This document shows, piece by piece, positions 53,101 to 64,000 of a stretch of 64,000 nt of DNA (positions are counted from its first letter, which is position 1; each line of letters begins with the position of its first letter). A program made the translations under genes and the position numbers. The DNA is taken from contig OZ176051.1 in assembly GCA_964247055.1 (NCBI GenBank), positions 11,904,001 to 11,968,000 on the forward strand, written 5' to 3'. A model generated the notes under the pieces. It had not been told where the DNA came from, searched no databases, and saw nothing but the letters and a program-made list of their open reading frames with translations. This DNA comes from Paragordius varius (Eukaryota > Animalia > Nematomorpha).

Positions 53101-56100
53101 AACCCTTGGACAGACACGTAAATCATCTCAGTTCCTCAAGATCAAATGGGAATTATCGATTCCTCTCCCACCTAATAGTTGATAACGACTCGGTATCGAA
53201 CAACGTTCTTCCGTAGTCTCGATGCTCAGACGCACTCGACGTGCGCTAAAAGATGCAGAACTCCATCACTTGGCCCTGCAAGAAGGAGTAATGGAATGTG
53301 TAGGTACCGATCGGGCCAGTCATTCTTTTCTTTTTACAGGAGAACACATGTTCCGTGATTGGAAATTCATTCATCGCGCCAGTCTCAATCTTCTCCCCAC
53401 CAATTCTCGGTAACACGACCCAACACTAAAATGTCGACGATGTTGCAGAGACAACGAAACCTCGCCCACGTTCTAAATAACTGCTTGAAAGAGAGCAATC
53501 TAATAACCAAGAGAGACAACCTAATAGTAAATCGGATCAAGGAGGCGCTACCACCAAACTTCCAAATCATCAGCGAGAATCAAGAAGTTGACTCATCCCG
53601 TCTCCGCCCGGACCTAATCGTCACTGATGGATGATCCTGCTTCATTATCGATCCCACGGTACCACATAAAAATCGGCTATCCTCACCCCATCAGGCCGCA
53701 ACCAACAAACTTATCAAGTACGAATCAATCGCCACTAGACTGCAAGAGCGCTTCAATGGTGTCGAAGTCATCCCGATCGTCGTTGGATCTCTGGGCTCCT
53801 GGCACTGCAACAATGACGTAATCTTCGACAGGATTCCTATCAAGATTCCAAACCTCTGAAAGAAATTGATCATATCAGACGTCATCAAAGCATAATGCCA
53901 TATGTTTCACTTTATTATGTATGAAATGAAACAAACAACAATCCAAACATTTCTTCTTAATTAATGTTTTTTTATTTTTATATTACGCAAATTGCATCAT
54001 TGTTCCCATACAATTTTATCCATATTCACTCTTTAATTGTTAGATAGGCCACTTACATTTTTGTATCTTATTTCAGATTCTTAATTTATAATAAAAATAT
54101 AATAACTTTCAAATAAATTCTCTGTTCTTATCAGCTTAATATCTGATATGGTTTCTCATTAAACCCGTGATATTAAATCATTTTTTGTAGGTTTTGGGGA
54201 TCGCTCTAGGCTTTAGGCTTGCCTATCATTCCTCAAACGGGTCAACCTGGTATTGCTCTATATCCAGGAGTGGCCCAACAATTTTTATAAATAAAATAAT
54301 TAAAAAAAAATCTTTTTAAATATTTCTAACAAAAATTATCGTCAGCTAACTGTTTAAAACAATTTACTACAGCATTAAAATTCATTTTATTCAAGTACAT
54401 TAGTTTACCGTGAACGCCTAGAAAAGAAAAATGTAAAAATAATACAATGATGCATTCGGGTTTTTGACATCTCAATATTGTATTGGTGACAATTGATTTC
54501 TTGAGGTGCGTAGGCTAATGGAACTTGTTTTTTCAAAACGGTCGCTTTTCGCGTACCAAGAACCAGGGCTCCCTACAACAATTAGCATAATTTATACACT
54601 TAAGATTTTCAAATTTAATGGGAGATTATCTTTTATCAGGTCCACTATGTCGTTGTGTCTTTTGTTTAATATATTATCATCTTTGATGTAATGGTTTAGA
54701 ATGTGGGCTTGGAATTCTTCGGACTTGCCACAACCACGGCATGTTTGATCATATGTGAGACGTATTTCGTTGGTAGGAGATTGAGCGGCGCTCGGTGGAT
54801 GAAATTCCAGTCTCTAATACGGAGACTTTATTATTGTAAAATATATGACTGACCTTATTATCAGCAAAGCACTCCATCACCCGACCCAAAGCAAAATGAT
54901 GCAGCTCAGTTTAATTTTCGTTTATAAATCGGAGGTTAAAAACAACAAAACGATTGTCTTCGGAGATTTTAGCGAACTAAAAAATTGTAGGCTGAAAAGA
55001 TTCATTAAAAGACCAATAAATTTTAGATCCAGACGCCATTTTCGCTATTGTCCGAATGTTTTGGCTTTTATTATCTGGATCTGACACAACTGTTCTTATA
55101 ACCGGACAAATATTAGCTTAACAGATAGGGAATTATAGAATCAAAACGAACCTAAAACGAAAGCTAGCCGACTTAAGTTCCCCGAGATTAGAAACTTTTA
55201 TAAAAGGATCCATGCTAGTAGTAACCTAAAGGCGAAATCGACACGAAATATATACTGTCTTGAAATAGGGTCATCCCTAAAGCGTTATTACTACGAGACC
55301 CAAAAATATAATTGTTAGTCTTATCCCATATTCTCCTGTTACATGTTTAAATTATTTCTCAATTGGTGAGAAATAGTGGGATAAAAAAGGTTTTTATTGC
55401 GTCTTTCCATGGAAGGATTTTAGCTATGAATTTTATCCACGATTTCCGTAGAAGAAACGGGATTTATGAGGATACTTAAGAGCCTGGAAACTTTATACAC
55501 TCACATGGAACAGCAACTTCGCCAATTTTAAATATAAAACTGGTGCGATAGAAATTTTATTGTACTTTTCTGCTTTGATCGAAAGACCAATATCATAGAC
55601 ATTTTAAGCCCTTGATGACGTTCAGAAGAAGGCAATAAAACAATGTCATCAGCATAAGCGAGGACATTGTGACCATTAAACACCATAGATATCAACACAG
55701 AATCGATAGACATGTCAAAAAGAAGGCCAGAAATTGGACACCCCTGTTTAATGCTAGACAAGAAAGGAATGGGTTGCGTTAACCCAGAGGCGGAAAAGAA
55801 CTGAGTGCATGAATTTGTGTAAATATCCTTAATTAAAGCTTTACCAAAATTAGAAAGACATTCGAAAATCAGCTGGTGAGGGACCGAGTCAAACGCAGCC
55901 GTGATATAAATAAAAGTTACAAAAATATCTTTTTTATTACGTTTAGCATCAGAAATTGATTTATTTAAAAAATAATTATGCTTAAAGCAGCCATCAAAAG
56001 GCATAAATCCTTTCTGAGCTGATGATAATAAGTTATTCTTTTTAATATGCTTAGAAATACGGTTGGCAATAAGGCCAGTAAATAATTTTTAAATCGTATT

Positions 56101-59100
56101 GCTTAGAGAAAGAGGCCTTTAACTTGAAACAAGAGATAGTCTCCTTTTTTTTAGAATGTAAACTTGACTTAGTTATCCAATGATTAGGAATCATTCTATG
56201 ACTTAAACACAAATTAAAAATTTTAGCTAAAAGAATACCTTTGGGATCCACCTGCTTCCATTTGGTATATGAAATACCATCAGGACCAGGGGAGCTGTTA
56301 GAAACTTTTCTTAGTTTATCAGAAACTTCAGATGCTGAAAAGGGAATAAAATCAAGTAAAGGGACAGAATTATTAGAATAATTAAAATTAATAGGCTCCG
56401 ATTTTTTGCCAATTGTATTGTTAAAATAATTAGTTATATCTTCGTTATTAATTTTACAAGAGGATGGAGGGCCATCAACGATTTATAGCCTTTTTCCTAT
56501 TTTTTCTATACATGCTACGAATATTTATATCTTTTTGAACCAAACTTTTAGACTTATTATAATCAGCCCGGGGAGGAGATAATGCATTTTGAATAGATCT
56601 TTTTAAAAAACAAACGTCCTCCCAGTCTGAATTCTCTTAGTAAAAGGAAAAGTATTTTTATATAAAGCACAGTATTTATTAAAACTTTTATTTGGTTGAG
56701 GTGGAGTAACCGATGAAGTGGGTTCCTCATCAACACCCTCCTCAAGAATAGTAAAACGATTAGATAAAGAGACCTCATTTTTAGAAAAGTAATTAAAATA
56801 ATTTTTGTTTACCGAACTACTTGAATTTAGAATATTATAATTTTTATCCATACTGGAATTATTGCCTTCATGCCCCTTACCAATGATGTTTGAGGTCCCA
56901 CTCACTTTGGTAGGAGAAGAATTAACTGGAGAGCTTGGTGGATCAACAAAGTTTACTGAATGGGTTGGAGATGACTCGACAACCTTAGGCTTGTTAAACG
57001 GATTAAATCCGAGGTTAGACAAACTTGAGTGTTTGGTATGAGGATAAGGAGATGGATTATGAGACCTTTTATGAGCTAGTAATTGGTAAGTGATACGAAG
57101 GCAATAATTCCAATGCAGATATCAATTTAAGTATTCTAATCCCAGTGATAGTTCGGTAAACAAAAATTATTTTAATTGCTTTTCCAATAATGAGGTCCCT
57201 TTATCTAATCGTTTTAGTATTCTTGGGGAGAGAGTTGATAAGGAACCCTATTTATCGTCTACTTTATCCCACCAAATAAAAATGTTAAATAATATTTTTC
57301 TCTAAATAAAATACTTTTTACTTTTAATAACCTTCTCGATTCCCACGAAGATAATTCAGACTGGGAGGATATTTGTTCTTTAATGCTATATCAAGCATTG
57401 TCTCCTCCCCAGGCTGATTATAATAAGTATAAAAGTTTGGTTCATAAAGATATAAATATTCGTAGCATGTATAAGAAAAATAGGAAAAAAGCTATAAGAT
57501 TAATCGTAGATGGCCCTCCATCCTCTTGTAAAATATATAATGAAGATATAATTAATTATTTTAACAATACAATTGGCTTAAAATCGTATTAATTTTAATT
57601 ATTTTAATAATTCTGTTCCTTTACTTGATTTTATACCTTTTTCATCATCTGAAGTTTCTGATAAACTAAAAAAAAGTTTCTAACAGTTCCCCTGGTCAGA
57701 TGGTATTTCATACCAAATGGAAGCAGGTGGATCCCAAAGGTATCCTTTTAACTAAAATTTTTAATATGTGTTTAAGTCATAGAATCATTCCTAATCATTG
57801 GAAGATAACTATGTCATTTTAATTTCTAAAAAAAGGGAGACTCTTCTCTTGTTTCAAGTTGGAGGGCCCTTTCTCTAAGCAATACTATTTATAAATTATT
57901 TACTGGCCTTATTGCCCAACTGTATTTCTAAGCATATTTTAAAGAATAACTTATTATCATCAGCCTAGTTATGCCTTTTGATGGCTGCTTTGAAAACAGA
58001 TATTTTTGTAATTTTTATACGGCTGCGTTTGACTCGGCCCGTCACCAACTAAATTTTAGATATCACCCTAATTTTGGTATAAATTATGGCATTCAAGCTT
58101 TAATTAAGGATATTTACACAGATTCGAATACTCTGTTCATTTCCACCTCTGAGTTAACGCAACCCATTCCTTTCTTGTCTGGCATTCAACAGGGATGTCC
58201 AATTTCTGGCCTTCTTTTTAACTTTTCTATCGATTCTATGTTGAGATCTATGGTGTTTAATGATCAAAATGTTCTCGCTTATGCTGATGACATTATTTAA
58301 TTGTCTAACTCTAAGCGTCATCAAGTTGGGTTTAACCTGTTGGAATGTCTAATTAATGATATTGGTCTCTCAATCAAAGCAGAAAAATGCAATAATATTT
58401 CTATTACTGCTTGTGGATTATTTAAGATTGGCCAATTCGTTATCCCTTTAATTGTTTAAGGTGAGTTTGTTAAGTTACTTGGTAAGCTCATCAACTACAT
58501 AAATCCCGTTCCTTCTATGGTAATCGCTAGCTCTAACCTTCTTCCGTGGCAATTGACGCAAAAACCTTTTTCTATTAAATTACTAGTAGCTTGGATCCTT
58601 CTATAAGAGTTTCTGCTCTCGAGAAACTTAAGGTGTCGGCTTTTTCAGGTTCTATCTCCAAGACAATCGCTCATCTGTTGTTTCTCACCCTCGAATTTAT
58701 AAACGAAAGTTAAAGGATACTGAGCTACATCATTATGTTTTTCAGGGTCGGGTGATGCACAGCGTTGCTGATGATAAGGTCAGTCATCACTTACTATACA
58801 ATAAGGACCTTTGTTTTGGACACTGGAATTTCACCCACCGAGCGCGGCTCAATCTCCTACCAACGAAAATGCGTCTCAGGACATCTGAACAATTGTGCCG
58901 TCTTTGTGGCAGTCCAAAGAAATCCAAGCACTCATTCTAAACTATTCAATAATAATATGCCAAAAGACACAACTTCATAATAGACCTGAAAGATTATTTC
59001 CCTTCAAATTTTAAAATCTTAAGTGAGAGAGAGACTATGCCTTGACTTCATTGTAAAAATTGCAGATTGCTTTGATTTCACACTACTTTTAAAAACATGC

Positions 59101-62100
59101 TAAAAACGTTCGAAACCGCTTATAACAAATAACTAATAAAATATAGCTCAATGTTTCATCAATTACAAGAGACCTACAGCAAAACTCAAGTTATCCCAAA
59201 TGTTGTAGGGAGCCTCGGTTCGTGCTACGCAAAAAAACGACATTGTTTTTGACAAAATCGATTCTCGTTACTTTGCGCAAATCAATTGTCATCAATAAAT
59301 TTAAATCATATTGCGACATGTACCATATGTTTATGAGCAGTCGAAATTCCCTCATAGACAACAAGCCGTGACCTACTGCATAATTGTGATATTTTTTTAT
59401 ATATTTTCTTTTTTCATTTATTATATATATAATATTATTATGTTCCCTTCTTGTCCCATGTACTTCGCGCCCAACATTGTTGCCTAGAACATTTCTTCGT
59501 ACATTCTAAAATATATTTTTTAGTATATCTGGTTTATACTATTTTAGACCAAGACTGTTATATTGTCTGGAAGACTTCTTTTGTCGCTCCTTAAAAGTAC
59601 AATAGAGAACAAACCTTTTAAGTCAGGAGTGTCTATTCGGCTTTTATAGAACACAAAATATAATATTTAAGAAACTAAGGTAAAAATTCTTAAAGAAATT
59701 TTTTCAATGTTGCCTTTCAAATTTGGAGCGAAAATGGTTCAAATAAATACTTTTAATGTCGTATTTTATTTTAGTATCTCCGAATTCTAATAAAATATTT
59801 ATTATATACTTTGATTCTGACCTCCGAATTTTTAATCGTAACCACCCCTGTTTACTCCAAGGTTAAACTAGTACAAACTATTAATTGTTTTCCCTTTTAC
59901 GATTTCCGAAAGAAGCTTCTTAATATAACCAGATAATGGGTAAATCATTTTGACAAAAATATGGTACATATTAACAAAACCGGTTAAATTGAATAGTTTT
60001 AATCATAATAAAACACAGGTCCTAATAAGACCCTTCTCAACTTTTTGTAAATCGTCATCGAGAGATATGTTAGATTATAGAAAAGTATAATATATATGTT
60101 ATATAAATAGTGATAATGAGAATTTAATTCAATTCGGTTTTTATTTTGTTTAAATTAATATGTATAAAAAATTTATTAAAATGAAACCAGGTACAGATGG
60201 TTAGCAATTTGGCCGTTATTAATGAAACCAACATCCCTATTCGTATTGGAATAAAACATGATTGCAAAACTGCTAATGTTGATTTTTATGAAGCTGTCAC
60301 CAACGAAATAGTTTTTATACCAATATCCTTAATTCAACTCAAAGATACGAATGTTAAGACGGTGGTGTGTCAGTTTTATTGTAAAGATGTTTTGATTGCC
60401 GAAATTCCTATCAATGATTGTCAGAGTAAACTTTATACTATATATTATGAACTAAATATAAATTACATAGTACACCCCTTATAATTTTGTTATAAAAAAT
60501 AAACATTGCATGCATAATATTATTTGCAAGTTCCTTATCGAAATTCGAAAGGACTTAATCAGAAAATATAAATTTAACATTTGTAATAACATATTCTTGC
60601 AAATTAGGAAATTTGTTATTTGTAATTTTTGAAATTTCTGGGCGGCACTTATACCTTAAAGGACCTTATTTTGGCATGCTTTGTTTTGACACCCCTCATT
60701 TATCATATGATACACAGTCTTATAATATAATTTTGTTTTTATTAATATTACGTTCCTATACATTAAGTCAAGCGTGAATGTTTTTATCGTACTAATAAGT
60801 AACCAGTTGATAAATTGATAATCATTTTCAGCCAAATATAATTTTATTCACAAATTTAATGCAAACCATCTCTCACTTTTTATAAAACGTTCCGGGAATT
60901 ATTTTATAAATATTTACATATATGTTTACATAAACAACTCTATAATATTTTGGTATTGCATAGAACATGAACTGCGTATTCCAGCCAATAATGATTTGAA
61001 AGAATCTATGAAATACTGTTATGTCTACATGGTGGGATGCGGGCACGATATAATGCAACATGAATCATGCACACTTATAAAAATTTTACCGGCTCTTAGA
61101 ATCACCTTCCCCTACCTTTCCTTACTCATTAGCGATAAGGATAAACTTTATACTTTGGAAGCTAGAATACAACAGTCTGAAAATTTGTCATCCAACAACA
61201 CTGAAGCAATTACAATAGATAACAGACATAATAATACTATTTATAAAGAAAAATCGCCTATGAAAAAGGATGAAAATCCTGGATGCTCACAATCTTCAAA
61301 TTGCAATTCTATTTACGATTTTTATTCGTTCAGTCACAATAGCTTTGCCGAAACTGTTAATGGCGACGATATCAACACCTCTTATGTGGAACTAAGTTTG
61401 AGGTTTTTAAGGGTTATATATTTTGAATTTAAATTCAAAGTTTGAAGTTTATTATTTGTAGAAGGATTTAATTATACGGCACGATACCGTGATATAGAAA
61501 CACTTATTTTCATCTATTCATCAATGAATATTCAACAGTTTATAAATTATATTATTCAATAGAGATGTCATTGCCAACAAAATCATGCTAAATTTTTGTG
61601 TACCAAACTATTTAATTCAAGATCTTTTTAATGATATAGTCAATTTTACGCGAAGAGATTACGAGGAATTCGTTAGCGCCCATATGTTGAAAGAACACAA
61701 AGAAATTGTATTAAACGAAGGGAACTTGAATTTAATTGCCGGGTATTATATAAATTATTCATGTTTTAATCGAATACCTCTAATATTTATTTTATTGGCA
61801 GTACCATAGAAAATTATCCAATATACCCTGGACTCTTGGTAGTCCTCAACAAAGATCCCACGCTCTCAAATAACGATAAAATTGGTTCAATAAATCCGAG
61901 CTCCTCATTAACCCTAAATTTAAATGTACCCTTGATTTCGTTCTCACCAACACTCTGTTTAATGGATAAATGTTTAAACATTAGTTTTAATGCCCTAATT
62001 ATTAACGATACGAATTTAATCTTTCACGTAATGTCGGCATATAGCGATGTTTTGCAAACGATACCTCCTTATAGGAGCTGTATTCTGGAGTACCCTAAAA

Positions 62101-63925
62101 CTTCAGATTTTAAAGATGATAAGGTTATTTCCTGTCCTATGTATCATACCTTTTGTTTTTTTAACAATAGTTTGGACCCAACGCTTTACGTAACAATATA
62201 GAGTTAACATATTTTATTTTCTTTTGACTGAATTTTCAAATGATCCTTACAATTATTTATTGTTGTTATAAAAAAGTTTGCTATATAATTATTAAATAAA
62301 ATTTATAATTTAAAATATTAAGGATTTAATTATCATTTATTTATTTTTTTGGATATGATTTTTAATATTATGGAAAAACTTTAATACTTTTTTATTAATA
62401 TACTTGTAAATATTTTTTATTGTAAATTTTATCATTGGTAAATTTATCAAACAAGATAGTTTGATAACCGTACTATATTCCAGTATCCTTTTTTACATTT
62501 TATATTAATTATTTCCCCTTAAAGAGTATTGCCTATTACAAATTTGGGATTGATTATAATGGTACCCGATGCTTTTCGAAGCCAATTGCTATATCTCTGG
62601 TAACAGAAAATGAAAACGCATACTTTACAATCAGCGACGATCACATAGAAAATTATTTTTTCAAAACAGACTTTCGCAATGTTTTACCTTTAAATGGACA
62701 TTGCGCTGTAGAGATCGAACTTGATACAAAAAGGGTATTATTAATTGCAACAAACTTTAAAATTTATAGTTCTAATGTAAAGTTTAAGCATTTTTTATTC
62801 TTACGATCATAATCTAAAAAGTAAAACTTGGTCATTTATATATAAAGGCAATGTTTCTCAATTATTCTTATCTCTATGATTATGATTAAGACGTTGATTT
62901 ACGGATAATAAATAATATGGGCATCTATATATTATTTGGCCATGATGTAAAACGTTATAGATATATTAATATATATATATATATATATATATATAACCTA
63001 TAGATTTGCATGTTAACTTTAAATTCAACGGATAATGTAACGGACACATATGTCAACGGGCCTCGATTAATTACTATTAAAGCAATGTACAATTTAGATC
63101 CGCACTGTACCTATTTATCACATACAGCAAAAGAAAAAAATATCGATTTAAACTTTACACTTGATCGTATACACTTTGATCCTAAATCCTTAAATTGGAT
63201 GGAAAAATTAGTTATGGAATTGGGTAGACTTGGCTCAGCATTCGATATTAGTCCAAATATTATCCACGCACCAAGTTTAAATTCTCGAGTAAGTTTATAT
63301 TTCATTGATGAAATTGATGTTGACTTTTTTGTCATAGTAATTAGTACGTTAGGTTACCTAATATGTAATATACATATAAAAATACCTAATTTTACTATTC
63401 TAGATCATTCCATTTTGTTTGGTTAATGCAGCAAAACAATCATCACCATTTATTGAATCATATATGCTAAATAATAACTCAGTTAATAGAAGTTATATAT
63501 GTTTAACGATAAGTAAACCAAATTTGCCTTCTTCCGATACACGTATTAACGTTATATTTCCTGATCCTTTGGAGCATTCAAAAACTTGTAATAAATTTTC
63601 CGCGGCGGGAGATAGCACTCTATATATCTATCCTATTACACTTTGTTCATTTACTACAAAAATCAATCCAATGAAAAATGTGTGTAACTTGTGTATCAAA
63701 TATTGTGAACCATCAAACAATTATCTTTTGACCCTTGAACCTATTAATCAATCCCCTACCCTCGTAATAGGTAATAGCTGGACTCCCATATCTAAGGGAC
63801 AAGATAAAAATTTAATCACTAACGAATTGATACTTCTTTTGTCAAATGATAAAAACTTTCAACCTGTTGAAATGTTTAATCATTATTTGCCTCCCGCGTT
63901 TGAAAGAGAAGGTAATATTTCGTAA
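32156..63925 (+). CDS. VPS13B: VPS13B-like bridge-like lipid transfer protein; very large multi-exon gene, probably continuing beyond the window
   Basis: Exon 1 (32156-32308), a 23-nt intron and exon 2 (from 32332) give a chorein-N type start: MYRIQSYITSWITSYLEKYVTNLDPNFINLSVVNGKLTLFNVHLNTHVLKQELPLPIDIF...EPIVIFLD. A chain of same-strand, splice-compatible ORFs follows (35.2-36.1, 38.0-40.9, 41.5-44.7 and 60.2-63.9 kb). CWSYPEPR at ~41654-41677 resembles a VPS13B motif as I recall it. That all downstream exons belong to one gene is inferred. Confidence 0.65.
36836..37100. mobile_element. Tc1/mariner-type MITE, copy 3 (VPS13B-like intron)
   Basis: TA|CAGTAAAAACTGAAATTATACGGACAAAAC... and a right TIR remnant TATATTTTTACGTTTTGTCCGTATT. 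The outermost right end is eroded. Confidence 0.8.
37683..37945. repeat. AACCGG/CCGGTT-rich segment, probable non-autonomous DNA transposon remnant
   Basis: Clustered GAACCGGTT, AACTGG, TTCCGG, TTTCGG and ATCGG motifs in both orientations within an AT-rich intron. No TIR or TSD was resolved. Confidence 0.4.
43122..43175. repeat. 21-bp tandem repeat (~2.5 copies)
   Basis: AGGGTGAATTTGCATTGTTCA twice, plus AGGGTGAATTTG. Confidence 0.9.
44366..44429. repeat. 32-bp tandem duplication
   Basis: TTTAATTGGATGCTTAATAATTAT(T/A)GCAA occurs twice in tandem. Confidence 0.9.
46601..46793 (+). ncRNA. U2: U2 spliceosomal snRNA gene, full length
   Basis: 5' ATCGCTTCTC; branch-site box GTGTAGTATCTGTTCTTATCAG; stem IIa TATCAG-CTTAATAT-CTGATA; stem IIb GGTTTC-TCATT-GAAACC; Sm site ATTTTTTG; stem-loop IV CCTGG-TATTGCACTATAT-CCAGG. 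Confidence 0.96.
46830..47850 (-). mobile_element. 3' fragment of RLE non-LTR retrotransposon family B (late RT to RLE to 3'UTR)
   Basis: Minus-strand relics KFLGKP, QGRVECVADD...RVRLNLLP and PIVVESLCSWY. Collinear with 54420-55490 and the reverse complement of 58470-59330. Confidence 0.9.
47850..50890 (-). mobile_element. Utopia/R2-like RLE retrotransposon family A, minus copy (decayed, lacks ~150 nt of 3'UTR)
   Basis: C2H2 finger HKCNICGETYPKKSNLDHHIRSH (50772-50704). RT motifs SSPGNDG, WRPISL, GIKQGCP, LAYADDM, FLGNPVG. CCHC knuckle CRRCGKDNEAPAHVLNNC; VVGSLG. Many frameshifts and stops. Inverted copy of ~50990-53970. Confidence 0.95.
50950..54120 (+). mobile_element. Utopia-type (U2-targeted) RLE non-LTR retrotransposon family A, plus copy (decayed, 3' end intact)
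   Basis: C2H2 finger HKCNVCGETYPKKSNLDHHNRSH (51018-51086). RT motifs QKGFLPYDGCFEHN, DIDAAFDS, GIKQGCP, LAYADDM. HRASLNLLP; CRRC...HVLNNC; RLE RPDLIV...IIDPTVP...KLIKY...PIVVGSLGSW. The 3' end AATAAATTC abuts U2 TCTGTTCTTATCAG with no poly-A. Confidence 0.95.
54121..54280 (+). pseudogene. U2: 5'-truncated U2 snRNA copy (lacks nt 1-41)
   Basis: Begins exactly at TCTGTTCTTATCAGC, immediately after the branch-site box. Relative to 46642-46795 it carries 4 substitutions, a 1-nt deletion in stem IIb and a 7-nt duplication (TAGGCTT); the SL-IV loop has changed from TTGCAC to TTGCTC. Confidence 0.95.
54370..57100 (-). mobile_element. RLE non-LTR retrotransposon family B, minus copy (decayed)
   Basis: Half C2H2 finger LRITYQLLAHKRSH at ~57100-57060; SNRFTIL; SSPGPDGISYTKWKQVD; MPFDGCFKHN; AAFDSVPH; SIKQGCPISG; LAYADDIV; HRAPLNLL; VVGSPGSWYAK. 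Confidence 0.92.
57097..59400 (+). mobile_element. RLE non-LTR retrotransposon family B, plus copy (5'-truncated, decayed)
   Basis: Inverted copy of ~56870-54450. Motifs MPFDGCFEN, GIQQGCPISG, LAYADDII, FQGRVMHSV, HRARLNLLP, CRLCGS, VVGSLGSCY. The 3' flank is not U2. Confidence 0.92.
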
Positions 63926-64000
63926 CTCTGTGTTATATTTTTTGAAAAAAAATTGTTTAAAAATTATATTCCTTTAATTATAGATTTTTGAACATATTTG

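Noticed and set aside
56240-57720. Apparent shared frameshift in both family B arms at GISY-KWKQ
   Set aside because: On re-reading, the minus copy is in frame (TCA TAT ACC AAA TGG). Only the plus copy has the 2-nt deletion.
46800-59400. Many short ORFs in the supplied track on strands opposite the RT frames
   Set aside because: They are antisense shadows or frameshifted pieces of the decayed retrotransposon ORFs, not separate genes.
1-64000. CRISPR arrays, tRNA, rRNA or prokaryotic operons
   Set aside because: None seen. The window is eukaryotic with spliceosomal introns, and the short repeats lack unique spacers.

Overview
Very AT-rich eukaryotic, almost certainly metazoan, genomic DNA. 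The basis is a glypican gene, spliceosomal GT-AG introns and a U2 snRNA. Several introns are only 23-26 nt, which resembles compact parasite genomes such as myxozoans or dicyemids; the host is inferred, not identified. Hand-spliced genes: COX5A (-, 1465-1972), an orphan secreted His/Arg-rich protein (-, 5215-7224), an unusually long glypican of ~938 aa (+, 13455-22092), RPL4 (-, 24842-27015) and a very large VPS13B-like gene (+, 32156 to beyond 63925). Mobile DNA: three copies of a Tc1/mariner-type MITE, a decayed hAT (Charlie/Buster-like) element with both TIRs, and a degenerate ~160-bp tandem array. The most striking block is 46.6-59.4 kb, apparently inside a VPS13B intron. It reads: intact U2 gene > tail of RLE retrotransposon family B (-) > family A (-) > family A (+) > a second U2 cut exactly at GTAGTA|TCTGTTC > family B (-) > family B (+). 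Family A looks like a U2-targeting Utopia-type R2-like element. Both families occur as head-to-head palindromes. The A palindrome is bracketed by a ~1.2-1.4 kb direct duplication that starts at the U2 cut site and leaves one U2 intact.
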